The notes beneath the pieces were generated by a model that was not told where the DNA came from, did no database searches, and was given only the letters and a program-made list of their open reading frames with translations. A stretch of 64,000 nt of DNA from the human T2T-CHM13v2.0 reference genome, Homo sapiens, in the NCBI RefSeq assembly GCF_009914755.1, contig NC_060934.1; one strand, 5' to 3'. Below, in pieces: positions 36,909-50,850 of the stretch (positions within the stretch are counted from its first letter, which is position 1; the number at the start of each line of letters is the position of its first letter). The translations under genes were made by a program, and so were the position numbers.

Positions 36909-37200
36909 CTATATTGCCACATATTTCGGTGCCCCAAACATGTTTATTATAAATCTGACAAGTACAACATGTTGTAATAGAAATAACTCACAAAATAGTA
37001 ACAATCAGTATTTTCAGTTTAACCTTAGATCCCAACAATAGCTAGAAACACTTTTAATATTTTAACTAACATTTATCCATACATTTAGAGTCTGCAAAGA
37101 AGTCTTTCCACTTGTTATCTTATTTAACCCACGCAACAAGTATGGAGAAAGGACTAAGAAACATCCCAGTTTGTCTCCTCTAAAGTAGAATCTGAAACAA

Positions 37201-37319
37201 GAGGCCAAGGTGAGAGAATCGCTTGAGCTCAGGGGTTTGAGGCTGCAGTGAGCCAGGGTTGCACCACTGCAGCCTGGATGACAGAACTCACTTGGGTCTG
37301 GGTGACAAAGCAAGACCCT
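37201..37319 (+). mobile_element. Alu right-arm fragment without poly(A)
   Basis: gaatcgcttgagctcagg...ggctgcagtgagcc...ctgggtgacaaagcaagaccc. Confidence 0.8.
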
Positions 37320-37619
37320 TGGGTGCCAGTAGTTCATTCTCTTGGGAATTGATCCCAAGAATTGGAAGTGAGGGAGTATAGAATAGAACAGGTACAGGAA
37401 AAAAAGCCACTGAAAAACCACGTCAGAATTGTCCTACCGGAGAACAGGGAGGCAGGGCATTTGTCCCCTGATTTCTGTCCTGCGCTGGTTCAAGGTTGCC
37501 CCTATAGGGGGAATAGGCTGTGCTTGTGCGTGAACTGAGTAGCCTCCAAAACCTTCAGAGAAAGCCAGGAGGCAGAGAAGTCACAGATAGAAGGGCTTAT
37601 GTCCAAGGATGAACACCAC

Positions 37620-37915
<296 letters not shown>

Positions 37916-39151
37916 CAAGATAGGACACTTTTAAACAAGTCAAGAACTGTCCGTCACAGCTGCACTGAAGTCAGTTGGACCACAGGAGTTTGGAATGACA
38001 AACATCTGCTTTAAGACCAGCTATCCTTGTTCTTACCTTCAAGAGAAGATGAATGCTCAGAAAGTACTGTGACTTTGCCAAGGTCACATGAGAAGGCACG
38101 GTTCTAATTTTGGTGGATCTCACTCCAAATGCTGTGTTATCTCAAAGTTACCACAGAGAATTCACAAGGTCAGTACACTTTACTACATTTAATAAGGTTG
38201 TCAACTCTATGGACAGTCCCCTAGAAACATCACAGACAGTGTGGCGAGATTTAGATATCACTTCCAATCAGAACATATAACATGTGGATTCTGAAAACAG
38301 CTTCTACTAGCATTTGGGGGAAAATACATTTATGAGTATGAAAACATTTTTCTCTCCTTTCACTTTAATTCTCCTTTGAAAAGGCCTAGAGATTCGTGAT
38401 TGCTTGACTTCGGCTCAAGACTGCAGAATGAGAAAGCTCTTTTTTGAGACCCATGAGTCTGCTGAGAGCCCGTTGCCAAAGGCATCATTTCATTTGCCCA
38501 GCTCCTTGGTGATGTCTCAGAAAAAGTCTGACTTTCCAAAGATATCCCGCCCGATTCCCAGTGTGAAGGGGTTTCTAGCTCTATAACAAACTGCTGAACC
38601 TGTTTCTAAAGCCGACTGGGTTTGCATACTAAGAATCCTTTGGGATTTTGTTAGGGCTAGCTGTCCTAAGCATGTGCAGTCGCTGCCATTGCAAATGAAA
38701 GAACTAGTTTGTTTGTGTTTTAATTATCTCTTCTTACAAGATCTACCCAGCAGTATTGCTCCACATGGCTTGAAAGAATTTAATTAAACCGAAAAAAAAA
38801 GGGTTTGCTTTTGTTGTTGTCGTTGTCGTTGTTAGTTGCTGGAATGAAATCAGACTCTGGTTGTGCCAGAGCATGGAGGTTTTTTTTCTTGTTCTTGTGA
38901 ACAAATTGCTATTAATACTAAAGGCACAAACACTTAGAAGCACAATGCATTTTTTTTTGTGCTGCATAGAGGGTGTCCCTCTTCGCAATTCGCTAGCAGA
39001 ATGCAACTTCCAAGAGATGAACACCCTTAGTTTCCATGGAAGGAATCAGAACTCTGTCTACTAATTGAAACAGAATTAGAGAGAGAGTTGAAGTGGGGAA
39101 CTTCAGTGTATTTTTAGTTCTGCAGAAAGGCCACATAGAAATAACAGAAGA

Positions 39152-39593
<442 letters not shown>

Positions 39594-40384
39594 TCATTAT
39601 AACGAATAAATATGCCATTTTCTTCAAGAAGGTAATACTGGTTTATTTTAGAAAATATAGATAAGCCATACATGAACTTTCTTCAAATGCTCCTATTATA
39701 TCATCTAAGTACCTAAGGTCTGGCTGTCAGGATGTTTCTCTTTCCATGTCGTCTTCTTTTATCTCTTTTTCTTGCATGTTCTGAACCTTGGCAGAGGAAG
39801 GGAGAGTAGATGAAAATCAAAGCAGATTCTGAGGCTCATTAGCAGTTTAGATACAATGTTGGCTACAGAGGAGGGGTGAAGAGAGAGAGTCTTGATTCTT
39901 AAGACACAATTCAACATAATATGCCTTTATTTAATGCATTCTGGGGGCAGCCCACCATTAGGACCTTTGCAGGTATGTAAAAAAAAATGGTATCAGCTTG
40001 CCTTCATAGCACTTACAATCTATTTGGCTGAATTGGCAAATCACTGCATATTTAAAAAATACCAATTTGAGATATTTTTCATATTTGAGAAACAGGAGAT
40101 TCTCAGTGTGACAGAAAAGTTAGATTTTCTTTCAGTTTCAAATTCTACATAGTAAAGGTTTCAGTGGTACTTAGAAGCCAGAAAAAAGGGTGATCATTGC
40201 TCTGGGCTATTTCTCTTAGTTACTCACTTATTTCTTATGAAATTGTCTTTTGTATCACCTCACTTGAGATGCCAACATATCAGCAGTCATTTCTTTACTA
40301 CAATAGATTTTTTTTTGCATTGAGGAAATGTATCTGTAGGTGATTTATAATGAAGGCTTTGAGTTGATCAAGAGGTATTTGATA

Positions 40385-40510
40385 TGCTCATTAATTAATT
40401 TATCCCTTCATTCACTGTATATTTATTGAGTATCTACAATGTTTTATGTGCCAGGTGTTTAGTGGAAAACAAAACTACAAAACCCTGCTCTTATGGAACT
40501 TGTAGTTTAT
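40385..40510 (-). mobile_element. L2 3' fragment
   Basis: cattcactgtatatttattgagtatctac...tatgtgccagg...ccctgctcttatggaactt. Confidence 0.7.
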
Positions 40511-42848
40511 GACCGAGTCTCCACGTGGGTATAGAACAACTGAGAAATTGTTTAAACGTTTTAGTGACTGTTCATATGTGGTGTTCTTTGAAGAATACTT
40601 TCAGGACCTGTTCTTAAAAACATCTTTTTCTTGTGCTTGTAGGATACCCTAAATTCCATCAGCTTTGCTCCTTGAAAAGATTATAAACATCTTTGGGACA
40701 GACAACCATGTAAAAATTAGCAGCTGCTGGGAAATCACTAAGAACCCAGCAGGTTCTTTACAACGTGATATGTGGTGCTGGACCAATCAGGTGCTCAGGA
40801 TGGAGGGTGATGCCAGGTGGCAGGGATGGTGAAGAGATGGAGTCTTAGCACCAAGGCAGTGGATGGGGGGGACAGACTGAGGCCACAGTACGAGGAGGGC
40901 GGCCTGAAGGCACGGAGCGGAGGGAGAAAGGAGACAGGACTAAGGAGGAGGATAAATGAGATAATCTCAAATACGTTCCCAGCTTTGTTGTCAACTGTCC
41001 TTGATTCCCCAGTGCTTTTCGGTCAGACCTCTCAGCCATTGTTTGTCTAGATGGCAGAAAGGTTTGCTGCAGATCACTTAAAAGAAACCCTAGATGACCA
41101 GTTGATCTAACGTTACTTTCGAAAGAAGGATGTGACTGACCTATTGCTACGCACGACAAAATAACTTCTGCCTTGTTCTCAGAAGAAATGTTAAAGCATC
41201 GACCCATTTTGCCTTTTCCTAGCATGATCATATTTGAATTTTTAGCTCCGACAATTTTACTTACAATCTCAGCATGACATTCTTGCTTGGGCCTTGGGGC
41301 ACAGTCTGAAGTATAAAATATAGTCTCTGGGATGGACTTTTCTACACTTAGAAAGGGCAATCCTATGTGTCTTCTAAAAAGTCTCATAAGCCGAATGTGG
41401 ACCTTCAAATCACTACCCCACTTTCCAAATTTGAAGCTAGACAATTATTTTTCTAACAGATTGTGTGCACACCCCTGGAAGCAGGGGTTTATAATTGAAA
41501 TGTTGACACAACCTTAAAGCATCGTAGCACGAGCAGTGTTGTTCTAATAAATCTCGTCCCTAATCCTCAGAAAGAACCTGAAGAAGAGATTCACTTTCTA
41601 TATCAGGTTTCACTTACTGAAAGGCTTCTGAAGATAAAGCCCATAAACTATGAAGGGACAGATACAATGTGGGCTACGGGGTTAAAGGGCTACAGAAAGC
41701 TCCGTAATTCTCAGAAATGGGAAACAGATGTTGTTTGACATTTTGAAGCGCAGTCTCCTTCTCCCTTATGCAGTTTTCTGCTATCATGGTTTTCAAAGCA
41801 AAGATGTATTACTGTAAATGAGAATTGCTCGGCAATGAGTTTCCCGCTTAGAGAACAGAGGGGCCTGATATTAAGACTAATTTTTATTTAATATAGTGTC
41901 TCTTCACGTAACGGAATCACAAATTGCATTTGAACACCGAGCGGCGTTGGTACAGTTTATCATGAAACACGGGGAATTAGAATCACACCTTATAAAAATG
42001 AGTAAATACAATTGGGAAGAAGCATTGCTGGGGCCTGGAACTCTGCTACATATTAATTTTTGTTGCTGGAGGGACAGCCCTGATTTGCACTGACTTCTGG
42101 TAACCTCCGTACAGATAAGCACCTGCAGCTTCACATCTGCAGGTTCACGGACAAACCAGGACTTTGTATTCAGCTTCAAGGAAGAGGTGAGAGAAGAATC
42201 TTGGTAATAGTAAGTGATTAGTGCGGGGAATAGAGTGCCCTTGGAGGCAAGATCCAAAATGAATCAGTGAGCAGATAAAGCCCCAGGTGACCAATAGGTT
42301 CCTTCAAATGGTAGCTGCGAGAGGAGAAGATACTTTTACTGTCAGAGAGACTGCATAGTGGGAGGGACCGAACCAAGGAGACCCACTTAATGAGCAGAAG
42401 GAGCAGTGACAGTGGTGGCAATTTACAAGTCGTGCAAAGAAAACCTCCTTTGTCTATTTAATGTGTATCTCTGCTACCAGTAGTGATATCTATTTCAGCT
42501 GATTGAGACATACAGCATGGACAATTGCTAGGTGGGCTCTTTCCGTGGGTTGGAGGAAAGTCAGTCAGTTCAAGGGAGGTGTCAGATCAGAGAGAGTTAA
42601 TGAGATGGACTGAGCTGTGTGAAGCATTGGCAGCTTAAGGTGGATGTTTGCTCGTGGCTACATGACACCATATTTATATTAAAGTTGTGGACGTTATGTG
42701 TCTTTTAAAGTCCAGTGTGTGAAACTATGTTTACTCTACAATATCTGATATTTAGGGGACTAAAATCATAAGCAAAAAGCAACAATATAAGCACTGGTAT
42801 TCATCTTTTAGATAAAGGTACCTAGCTATTTGATTACAGCAGGTAGAT

Positions 42849-43413
42849 TTTTAATTTCAACTTTTATTTTAGATTAAAATACACGTGCAGGTTTGTTACA
42901 TGGGTAAATTGCATGATGCTGAGGTTTGGGGTCCAAACAATCCTGTCACCCAGGAGGTGAGCATAGAACCCAACAGGTGGTTCCTCAGCCCCTTCACCCC
43001 CATCCAGTGACCCCCAGTGTCTGTTGTTCCCATCTTGATGTCTATGTGTCCTCAATGTTTAGTGAGTACATGCCGTGAGAACATGCCCTGTTTGGTGTTC
43101 TGTTTTCACAATAGGTTTCTCAGGATAATGGCACCTAGCTCCATTGCTGCAAAGGGCATGATTTTGTTCTTTTTTATGGCTACATAGTATTTCATGGCAT
43201 GTATGTACCACACTTTCTTTATCCAGTCCACTGTTGATGGGGATTTAGGTTGATTCTGTGTCTTTGCTATTGTGAATAGTGCTGCAATGAACATATAAGG
43301 GCATATGTCTTTTTGATAGAATGGATTATTTTCCTTTGAGTATATAACCAGTAGTTGGCTTGCTAGATTGAATGGCAGTTCTATTTTAGGTTCTTTGAGA
43401 AATCTCCAAACTG
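42849..43413 (-). mobile_element. L1PA (PA16-like) 3' end
   Basis: gtgcaggtttgttacatgggtaaattgcatgatgctgaggtttgg; the 43106-43582 ORF contains L1 ORF2 C-terminus (MFIAALFTIAKT...W); TSD agcaggt(a/g)gat. Confidence 0.92.
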
Positions 43414-45811
43414 TAAAGCAGGTGGATATTTTTTTTTTTAAAGAAAAAAGAATGGCTTCATTTTGGTGAATGGGGCAAGTTGCCAAATTTTCACTTGCTC
43501 TTTCCATTGGCAATGAAATAAAGCCACATCCAAATACTGAAGCCTCCTTCCTGAAGAATTCCCAATGGCCCCAGCCCCCCAACAGCTTGTCTTTCCTATA
43601 TTACTTTTGCTATTACCCACCTGATGATCAGAATGTTGTCAGAATCAAGTGCGAAACAAAATCAAAAAAAAAAAAAGAAAGTAAAAGAAATGAAAAGCAC
43701 ATCCCCCAAAATAGTGAGTAAAACAAGTAAAGAGCCAAATAATGTTAACAACGCAAGGTAAGTGCTTGTAATTTATCTCAGAAAAGTTGATTTGGATAAA
43801 TTATCAACCAACACTCAAAATTTAGGTGTGATAAGTACACATATGCAAATACTTACAAGATTATTACTTCTAAGGCCATTTTTGCAGTTCTTATGATTGT
43901 TGAATTAGAAGTGATCAAATTCCCTTGGGGAGGCTGAAGCACTGATGGAACTTTGCTTTGCTGTGGCATCTTCTTTAAAGACCCCTTTTTTTGTTCTCTT
44001 CTATTTTATGCCATCATTTTTGGCTTTTGGGCCAATGGGACTGTCTTCTATGCAACTTCTCTGAATACTTAGTGAATTCTGGACATTAGGATTTGTCTGA
44101 TAATTCTGTTTGTTCTTCCTGAACAAGGTCTTCGTGGAATATAAGGTCAGATTTGGTCAGTTTTTTCAGCCCTTTTCTTTCACTGGTTACACTTAAGCTG
44201 ATTTCCAGACTCCACTGCAGGCGGAGCTGTTTTCATGGTCACCTTGAGTTCCCTTACTTAACATTTTGTTAAAATAAAATTAAGAAATCCCTGTAATGAG
44301 AAGGTATTGTTGAGAGCGGTCACACATATAACAGAAAGAATCAAATACATTTTCCCCATGCCCTCCTCTAATTCCACTACCCAAGAGCATTGAATTATTT
44401 ATATTCAACTATATTTAAAATGGAAGCCAAATTTAAAACAAATATTGTGTGTAACGTATATGACAACAGCTCTCTATGGAAATAATCTTTAATGCAATAT
44501 TATGTTTATTTCACTGAAGTGACAATGTGTTGCTACCAAAGCTTCCCAATGCAACAAGAATCTCATGGAGGCTCTTCATGATCTTTTTATTTCTTTTAAT
44601 TGATACGTTTCCCTGCTTTTGTAAGTTTAGGTGAATCAACCATCCTGGTGTCAGAGTCTCCAGTTTTAAAATGAACTAGGAAAAATCACCGGTGTCCTTT
44701 TACCCTCTGCTCTTCTGAGCTATACGGTAACCATATTAGAGGCAGTAACCATTAATTCTATGTTTTGTCTCAGTGCCTTGGATGCAAGTGAACATCAATA
44801 AATATTTGTATACGATGCTAATGATGTTTGTAGTGAAAAGGATCTTTAGTAAATATAGAAAATGTAATACATGTAAGGCTCCCATTTAGGCCAAACACAT
44901 CATGGAAACCTATGGCTTAGAAAGGCAAGTCAACACCTATTGGACACTTGGGTGCACTGCTTATATTTCTCAAGGCAATCATCGTACACCTTCGCGCCCA
45001 CTGTCAGGAACTTGATGTTAATGTGCAATGGCTACACTTGCATTAGGGCCCCAGGCAGAGCCAACAGACATAAGAATAACATTCCAATTTTTGCAGAAGG
45101 AAAACAAAAGCCTTTGTCTTTATGGCATGAAACCCTATGTATCATGAGAATTTTGCAAGATGATAATCTGAAAACTCCTAAAAGAGTGGGTTATGCCATG
45201 GTCTGTCTTCATGTGACTATTATTGTCATCAGATTTCTGTTAATTGCCAGAGTTTTGGTTCAAGCTAGTAATGCTGCCTTGGGCATTCCTGTGGCCTAAT
45301 GAGAATAATGTAACATGGAAGAACTTATTACCCAAAGGGCAAATGCCACCTATGCAGGGGCCACTCTTGGGCAAGCTTGGAGTGGACAGACAAGGAACTG
45401 AGATGAGGTCTGCAGCTGGAAGTGAATCTAGGGGCTCACATCTTGCAATGTGGACCAAGAAAATATAAAACCACAAAAAGCATAGGTTGGTAGTATTGTT
45501 ACTTCTTTAATAAGGTTGTGGACTATTGTCCATTCTTTTATGTACAGGTATCAATGATTTAGTGCCCTCCAAAGATATGATTAATACATTTGTATACACT
45601 TACCTGAGAATTTGGTAGTTGTGGTTGAAAGAAACTTGTTGGTCAGAGATCCAAGAAAAAGTATGATTATGTTAGTAAAATATTGTGAGTGATGTTCTAA
45701 GTAATTCATGGATTACCTCTGTCAGGTAAGGCTTATGATGTCCATCCAGAAAAGTAAAATCTTAAGACAGAGAAAGTTCAAGTCATTCAGTCAGGGTTAT
45801 TCAGAAGTTTA

Positions 45812-46172
<361 letters not shown>

Positions 46173-46359
46173 TTCTGCTGTAGTATACAGGTTTTTATTC
46201 AGGGATATTATTTCTGATTGTAAGTATTCCATATATCTTTTCTTCTTTTATATCATTTCCATGTACCCATTCTGTCTTGATAAATGCATCATCTTTAATA
46301 TTTTAATTATTTGATATTAATTGAGGACTTCCAGATTCATTACATCAGTTAGAATTGTA

Positions 46360-46802
46360 CACATATATACTTAAATTGTATATATTTAAGGTGTATAACA
46401 TGATGTTTTTGATATGCATGTAGATAGTGAAGTGATTACTACAGCTAAGCAAATGACCTTATCCACCCACCTTCCACAGTTACCCTTTTCGTGTGGGGTA
46501 AGAGCACCTAAAATTCACTCTGAGAGCGAATTTGTGGTATGCAGTACATTATTATTAACTCTAGTCCTCAAGCTGAACTCTAGGCTGACTCATCCTCCAT
46601 AACTGCAGGTGTGTATCCTTGGACTACTTCTCCTCACTTCCTTCTCCTCCCCACGCCTGGTAACCACTGTTCTACCCTGTTTCTATGAGTTTGACTATTA
46701 GATTCCACATAGAAGTGAGATCATGCAATATTTGTCTTTCTGTGCCTGGCTTATTTCACTTAGCATGATGTCCTCCAGGTTCATCCATGTTGTTGCAAGT
46801 GG
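46360..46802 (-). mobile_element. L1MA (MA9-like) 3' end
   Basis: aattgtatatatttaaggtgtataacatgatg...agtgagatcatgcaatatttgtctttctgtgcctggcttatttcacttagc; TSD tcagttag(a/g)att(g/a)ta. Confidence 0.88.
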
Positions 46803-47300
46803 TCAGTTAGGATTATATTCTGCAACAAACACCCTGAAGTAACAGTGGCTTAAGCAAGATACATGTTTCTGTCTCACAAAATAGAAGTCTGGAGGTAGGT
46901 AGTTTACAGCTGGTAGGAGGTTCTATAGATTTCCGAGACTCAGGCTACTTCTATTTCCCCACCCCTCCCCACTGAATTGTCCTCAACAGACAGCTTCCAT
47001 ATCCTAAAGTGGCTCTGGGACCAGGAGCCAAATGTCCATGTTGTAGGTTGGGAAGAAAGATGGGTGGGCCATGGGATGCACCTGTAGCCAGCTCCTTGAA
47101 GGAGCTTTCTGGAAACCCACAAAGTATCTCATTGCAGCTCATTGGCCAGATGTTGGAGGTGAGGCCATACTTTGCTGCAAGGGAGGCAGGAAAATGTAGT
47201 ATCAGCTGTAGTGTTAGGTGCCATGTCAACACAAATAATATCAAGATTCTGTTACTAAGGGAATAACCAAACAGGATGATGAGCAGCAGTATCTACTGCA
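46803..47300 (-). mobile_element. MLT1J/K-like LTR
   Basis: aacagtggcttaagcaagat...agaagtctggaggtaggtag...ctcattggccaga...gctgcaagggaggcaggaaaatgtagt. Confidence 0.7.
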
Positions 47301-47500
47301 TATACCTACTTACTTAGTGGCTTCCCTGCCTGGTCATTTATCCCTGGTCCTTTCTGATTACTTGGATGCCTTTTCTACTTGGGTGTTAAAGAAAAAGCAA
47401 AGATTTGGGAGGAAAGAGGACAAAGGAGTTGGTGGCCTTAAAACTCAAAAGGGTAAGTACATGGATGAAGCCTCTTGAGCTGTGACTGGTGCTAAAAAAT

Positions 47501-47728
47501 AAATAACATTTACTAAACACTTACTATGTGCCGAGATTTGTGTTAAAGTATCTTATATATAATATCTCATTTAATACTCAAAATAAATGTATGAAGGAGT
47601 TATTATTCTTGCCATTTTACACAAGGGGAAACTGTTCTGCAGAGGCTTAGTAACTTGTCTAATGTCACACAGCCAGCAATGGGAGAGACAGGATTTATTT
47701 TTTAGGCTCACTGATTCTAAAGGCTGAG
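47501..47728 (-). mobile_element. MIR
   Basis: aacatttactaaacacttactatgtgcc...tagtaacttgtctaatgtcacacagcc. Confidence 0.8.
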
Positions 47729-48504
47729 TTCAAGCTCTGCATTCCTCAGCCTCCCAGGATGGGAAGGATAAGAGGACAGCAAGGTCATAATGGGAAAGGT
47801 CTATTTTGAAGTGCCTATTGATACTTCCTCTCTCTAAAGTTTCTACTGAAGAAGAATCAGGCAGCCATGTTTGTGGCATGGATTCTGCCTCTTCAGGCAG
47901 ACTTGGCTGGTTCTGGGATGGAGACCACCCATCAAGGGCATCATAGCTGATTTTTTTCCCTTGGAATCTCAGATTGAATTACAGAGGAATTGAATTGTGG
48001 GAACAGAATGCAAAAATTCAGTAAAGTGAGTAGGAGGTTCCCACCAGAAGACAGAAACAGGAGAAAGGGGTGGAGTCCCTAGAGCAAGGTTATTCCATGG
48101 CTGGTTGGCCCTAAAGAAAAGCCAGAGCTCTTTCTGTTAAGTTCTCCAGCCATTGCCTGGAATTCAGACCTACTGTCCAGTTCTGCTTCTTTGAGTCATG
48201 ACTGGGAACCCAACTTCCATGGCCTGAAGAGTCTCTGTTAGGCTTACAATCAACTCTTCTCATTCAGGTTCATTCAAATGTTTTTCTGTTTTTTATATTC
48301 ATGAGGGCTACAGTATAATAGATTCCTGGACTTAGAAAATATTCATTTTAGAGTGTGATGATTAGCACCACAGATTATGCAGCCAAACTGCCTGGGTCTA
48401 AATCTAGATTCCACACTTATTATCTGTGTGACCTTGGGCAAATCACTTTATCTCTCTGTGCCTCAATTTCATTATAGAATGCTTCATGACACATTGTTAA
48501 TATT

Positions 48505-48871
48505 TGTATTAGTTCATTTTCACACTGCTATAAAGAACTACCTGAGACTGGTAATTTACAAAGAAAAGAGGTTTAATAGACTCACACTTCCCCATGGCTG
48601 GGGAGGCCTCAGGAAATTTACAATCATGGCAGAAAGTAAAGGGGAAGCAGGCACCTTTTTCACAGGGTGTCAGGAGAGAGAGAGAGAGTGCAGGGGGAAT
48701 TGCCACTTTTAAATCCATCAGATCTCGTGAGAACTCCCTCACTGTCATTAGAACGGCGTGGGGGAAACCGCCTCCATGATCCAATCACCTCCCACCCTGT
48801 CCCTCCTTTGACACATGGAGATTACAATTCGTGATGAGATTTGGGTGAGGACACAGAGCCAAACCATATCA
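48505..48871 (-). mobile_element. THE1D-like solo LTR
   Basis: tgtattagttcattttcacactgctataaagaactacc...ccatatca; perfect TSD ATATT. Confidence 0.93.
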
Positions 48872-48949
48872 ATATTATATACATGTTTAATATTATCATT
48901 GCTCTTTCTGCATTGTTTACTATCAGAAAAACAACCTCTGCTTCTGATT

Positions 48950-49110
48950 TTCACAGAATACAACCCTGTGTGGTAGGTCATAGTGTCCCATTTCCCAAAT
49001 AAGGAATTGAGGCCCAGAGAAATTGGGTAAGTTTTCCATGATCATTGATAAGTACTCAAGTCAGGATTTGCCCTTAGGTCTGATTCTAAAATCTGTTCTT
49101 TTTCCCTGGA
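48950..49110 (-). mobile_element. MIR fragment
   Basis: aacaaccctgtgtggtagg...aggaattgaggcccagaga...ggatttgcccttaggtctgattctaaa. Confidence 0.65.
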
Positions 49111-50669
49111 CCAGAATCACCGTGCACTTGCTCTGTGTAAAGCAGCCTGGGAAAAATTGTCCCAGGGTCTCTTTAGTCCCAAATGAGATGTGCCATATAT
49201 TTCTCAAATGCCCTGCATTTGCATAGGTGTTTTTTTTCCTTTTGCATTATGAAATTACTTTAACAAGAGTTAGTTCATTTTCTGTTGTATATGCCAGAGT
49301 TCATTGGCATAATAAAAAGCTTGTAAGTCTTTTGAGTAGATGAGAAAAATTCACTCAAGGCTTAGTTAATATATATGAGTGTTATTTTTTTTCTCCCATC
49401 GCTCTGACCTGTAAATGGCTCATTTATCAGTGTGTTGAGCAGGTAACTTTCAGCCGATGGGCCATGAATGAAATCTGTGTCTGGTGGCGGCCATGTACAG
49501 GGAGAGAGAAAAAGTGAATGATAGAAAAAAGAGGCAATCAATGTTTAAACAATGGTCTGCCTTCAGCAAAAGAAATCCCCCATGTGCTCCAGACTTCTTT
49601 GTGTGGGAGAAGCTAGAGGGAGACCACAACCATAAGCTGTCTCATCTCTTTTAAATCTATATTGGCAAATTAGCTACTCAATGGCTTTCAAATGCGCTAA
49701 GACAGCTTGTCGTTGTAATGACTGACAGACTGGGGAAATCTGGACCTCTGTGGAATAAGGGTCTTAGAGAAGAGAAAGAAAATGTTCTGATTAGATGTCA
49801 TTGAAGCCTTTATTTGTACTATTCACAACACTAAATTATGAGGATACCATCCTGACCTAATCTATTAAAAGGACTTAAACATGCCCTGGAATGACAATAC
49901 AGGGTCTTACACAGTCAGGCCTAAAGTGGGGCTGGTTTTCATCCATGTCGGCTTAGGAGTGGGAGAGGTGCAGTTTGGAGTCAGGACTGAGCAGACAGTG
50001 GTACTGTCTCCAAAGCTCTAAGAGAATTTCTAAAGGGTCTCAGCCCCAGATAGCTCTCATTATTTTCTTTATTGCAAGTTTTCATTTCATGTTTCTGTTA
50101 ATAAACTTAAAACATCTTTTTTTTTGGTCAGATGTTTGGGGAAAGTGGACATCAAGGCTTAGTTTTGTCTCTTTATAACAGGAAATGACATTCAGAAAGT
50201 ATTCCACACATTATTACGAATATTTCCACCTGATAGACAAATATTTTAAGACCAGTGAGAGAATCCTATTTAACTTCCTCTCCTGGGATATGAAAGGTTA
50301 TTATAGAACACAACACTAGTGATGTTTTTATTTCAGTTTGGGCATATTTTGTTTCATCATCTAGGCAGTAACCATGGTTGACTACATAATATTTTTGTAC
50401 TTAGCTATGCAACTCTTTCTTCATACGTCCTTGCTTAATAGAATCTACATTACTATCCAACTGAAATGCTGCTACTTTAGTAAGGATAGTAGCACATTTT
50501 AAAAATATGCTGGTTTAGAAAGTATTACATCTGTGTTTTCATTTGCACTAACTTCTAAATACAAACATTTTAGTGTTTCTTCTATAATATGTTGCATTTC
50601 CACCCTCATAGTGTATCAGGTAACAATATATGGCATAGTGATAATTTTTTTTTTTTAGTATTTAGATTT

Positions 50670-50850
50670 TACAAAGCATTTTTACATGCTTTTCCAATAA
50701 TCTTTCACATAAATTATTAGTCCCAATTTACAGGTGCGGAACCTGAGGTTGATGGGGTAAGTCATTTATTTAACCTAATAGAGCTGGCAGGGAGGTAGCT
50801 TGCAAACCCAAGTTGTAAGTCTAGAGTCAAGACCTTTCATCATTGTGTGA
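50670..50850 (-). mobile_element. MIR fragment
   Basis: cccaatttacaggtgcggaacctgagg...gtaagtcattt. Confidence 0.6.

Noticed and set aside
40845-41444. 199-aa minus-strand ORF in unique sequence
   Set aside because: Starts at TTG, no recognisable domain or codon pattern; compatible with chance in six frames of 64 kb
43106-43582. 158-aa ORF
   Set aside because: Decayed L1 ORF2 C-terminus fused to flanking sequence
43755-43763. Isolated strong donor AAG|GTAAGT (similar ones near 17063, 34003 and 47451)
   Set aside because: No convincing paired upstream acceptor; expected by chance at this frequency
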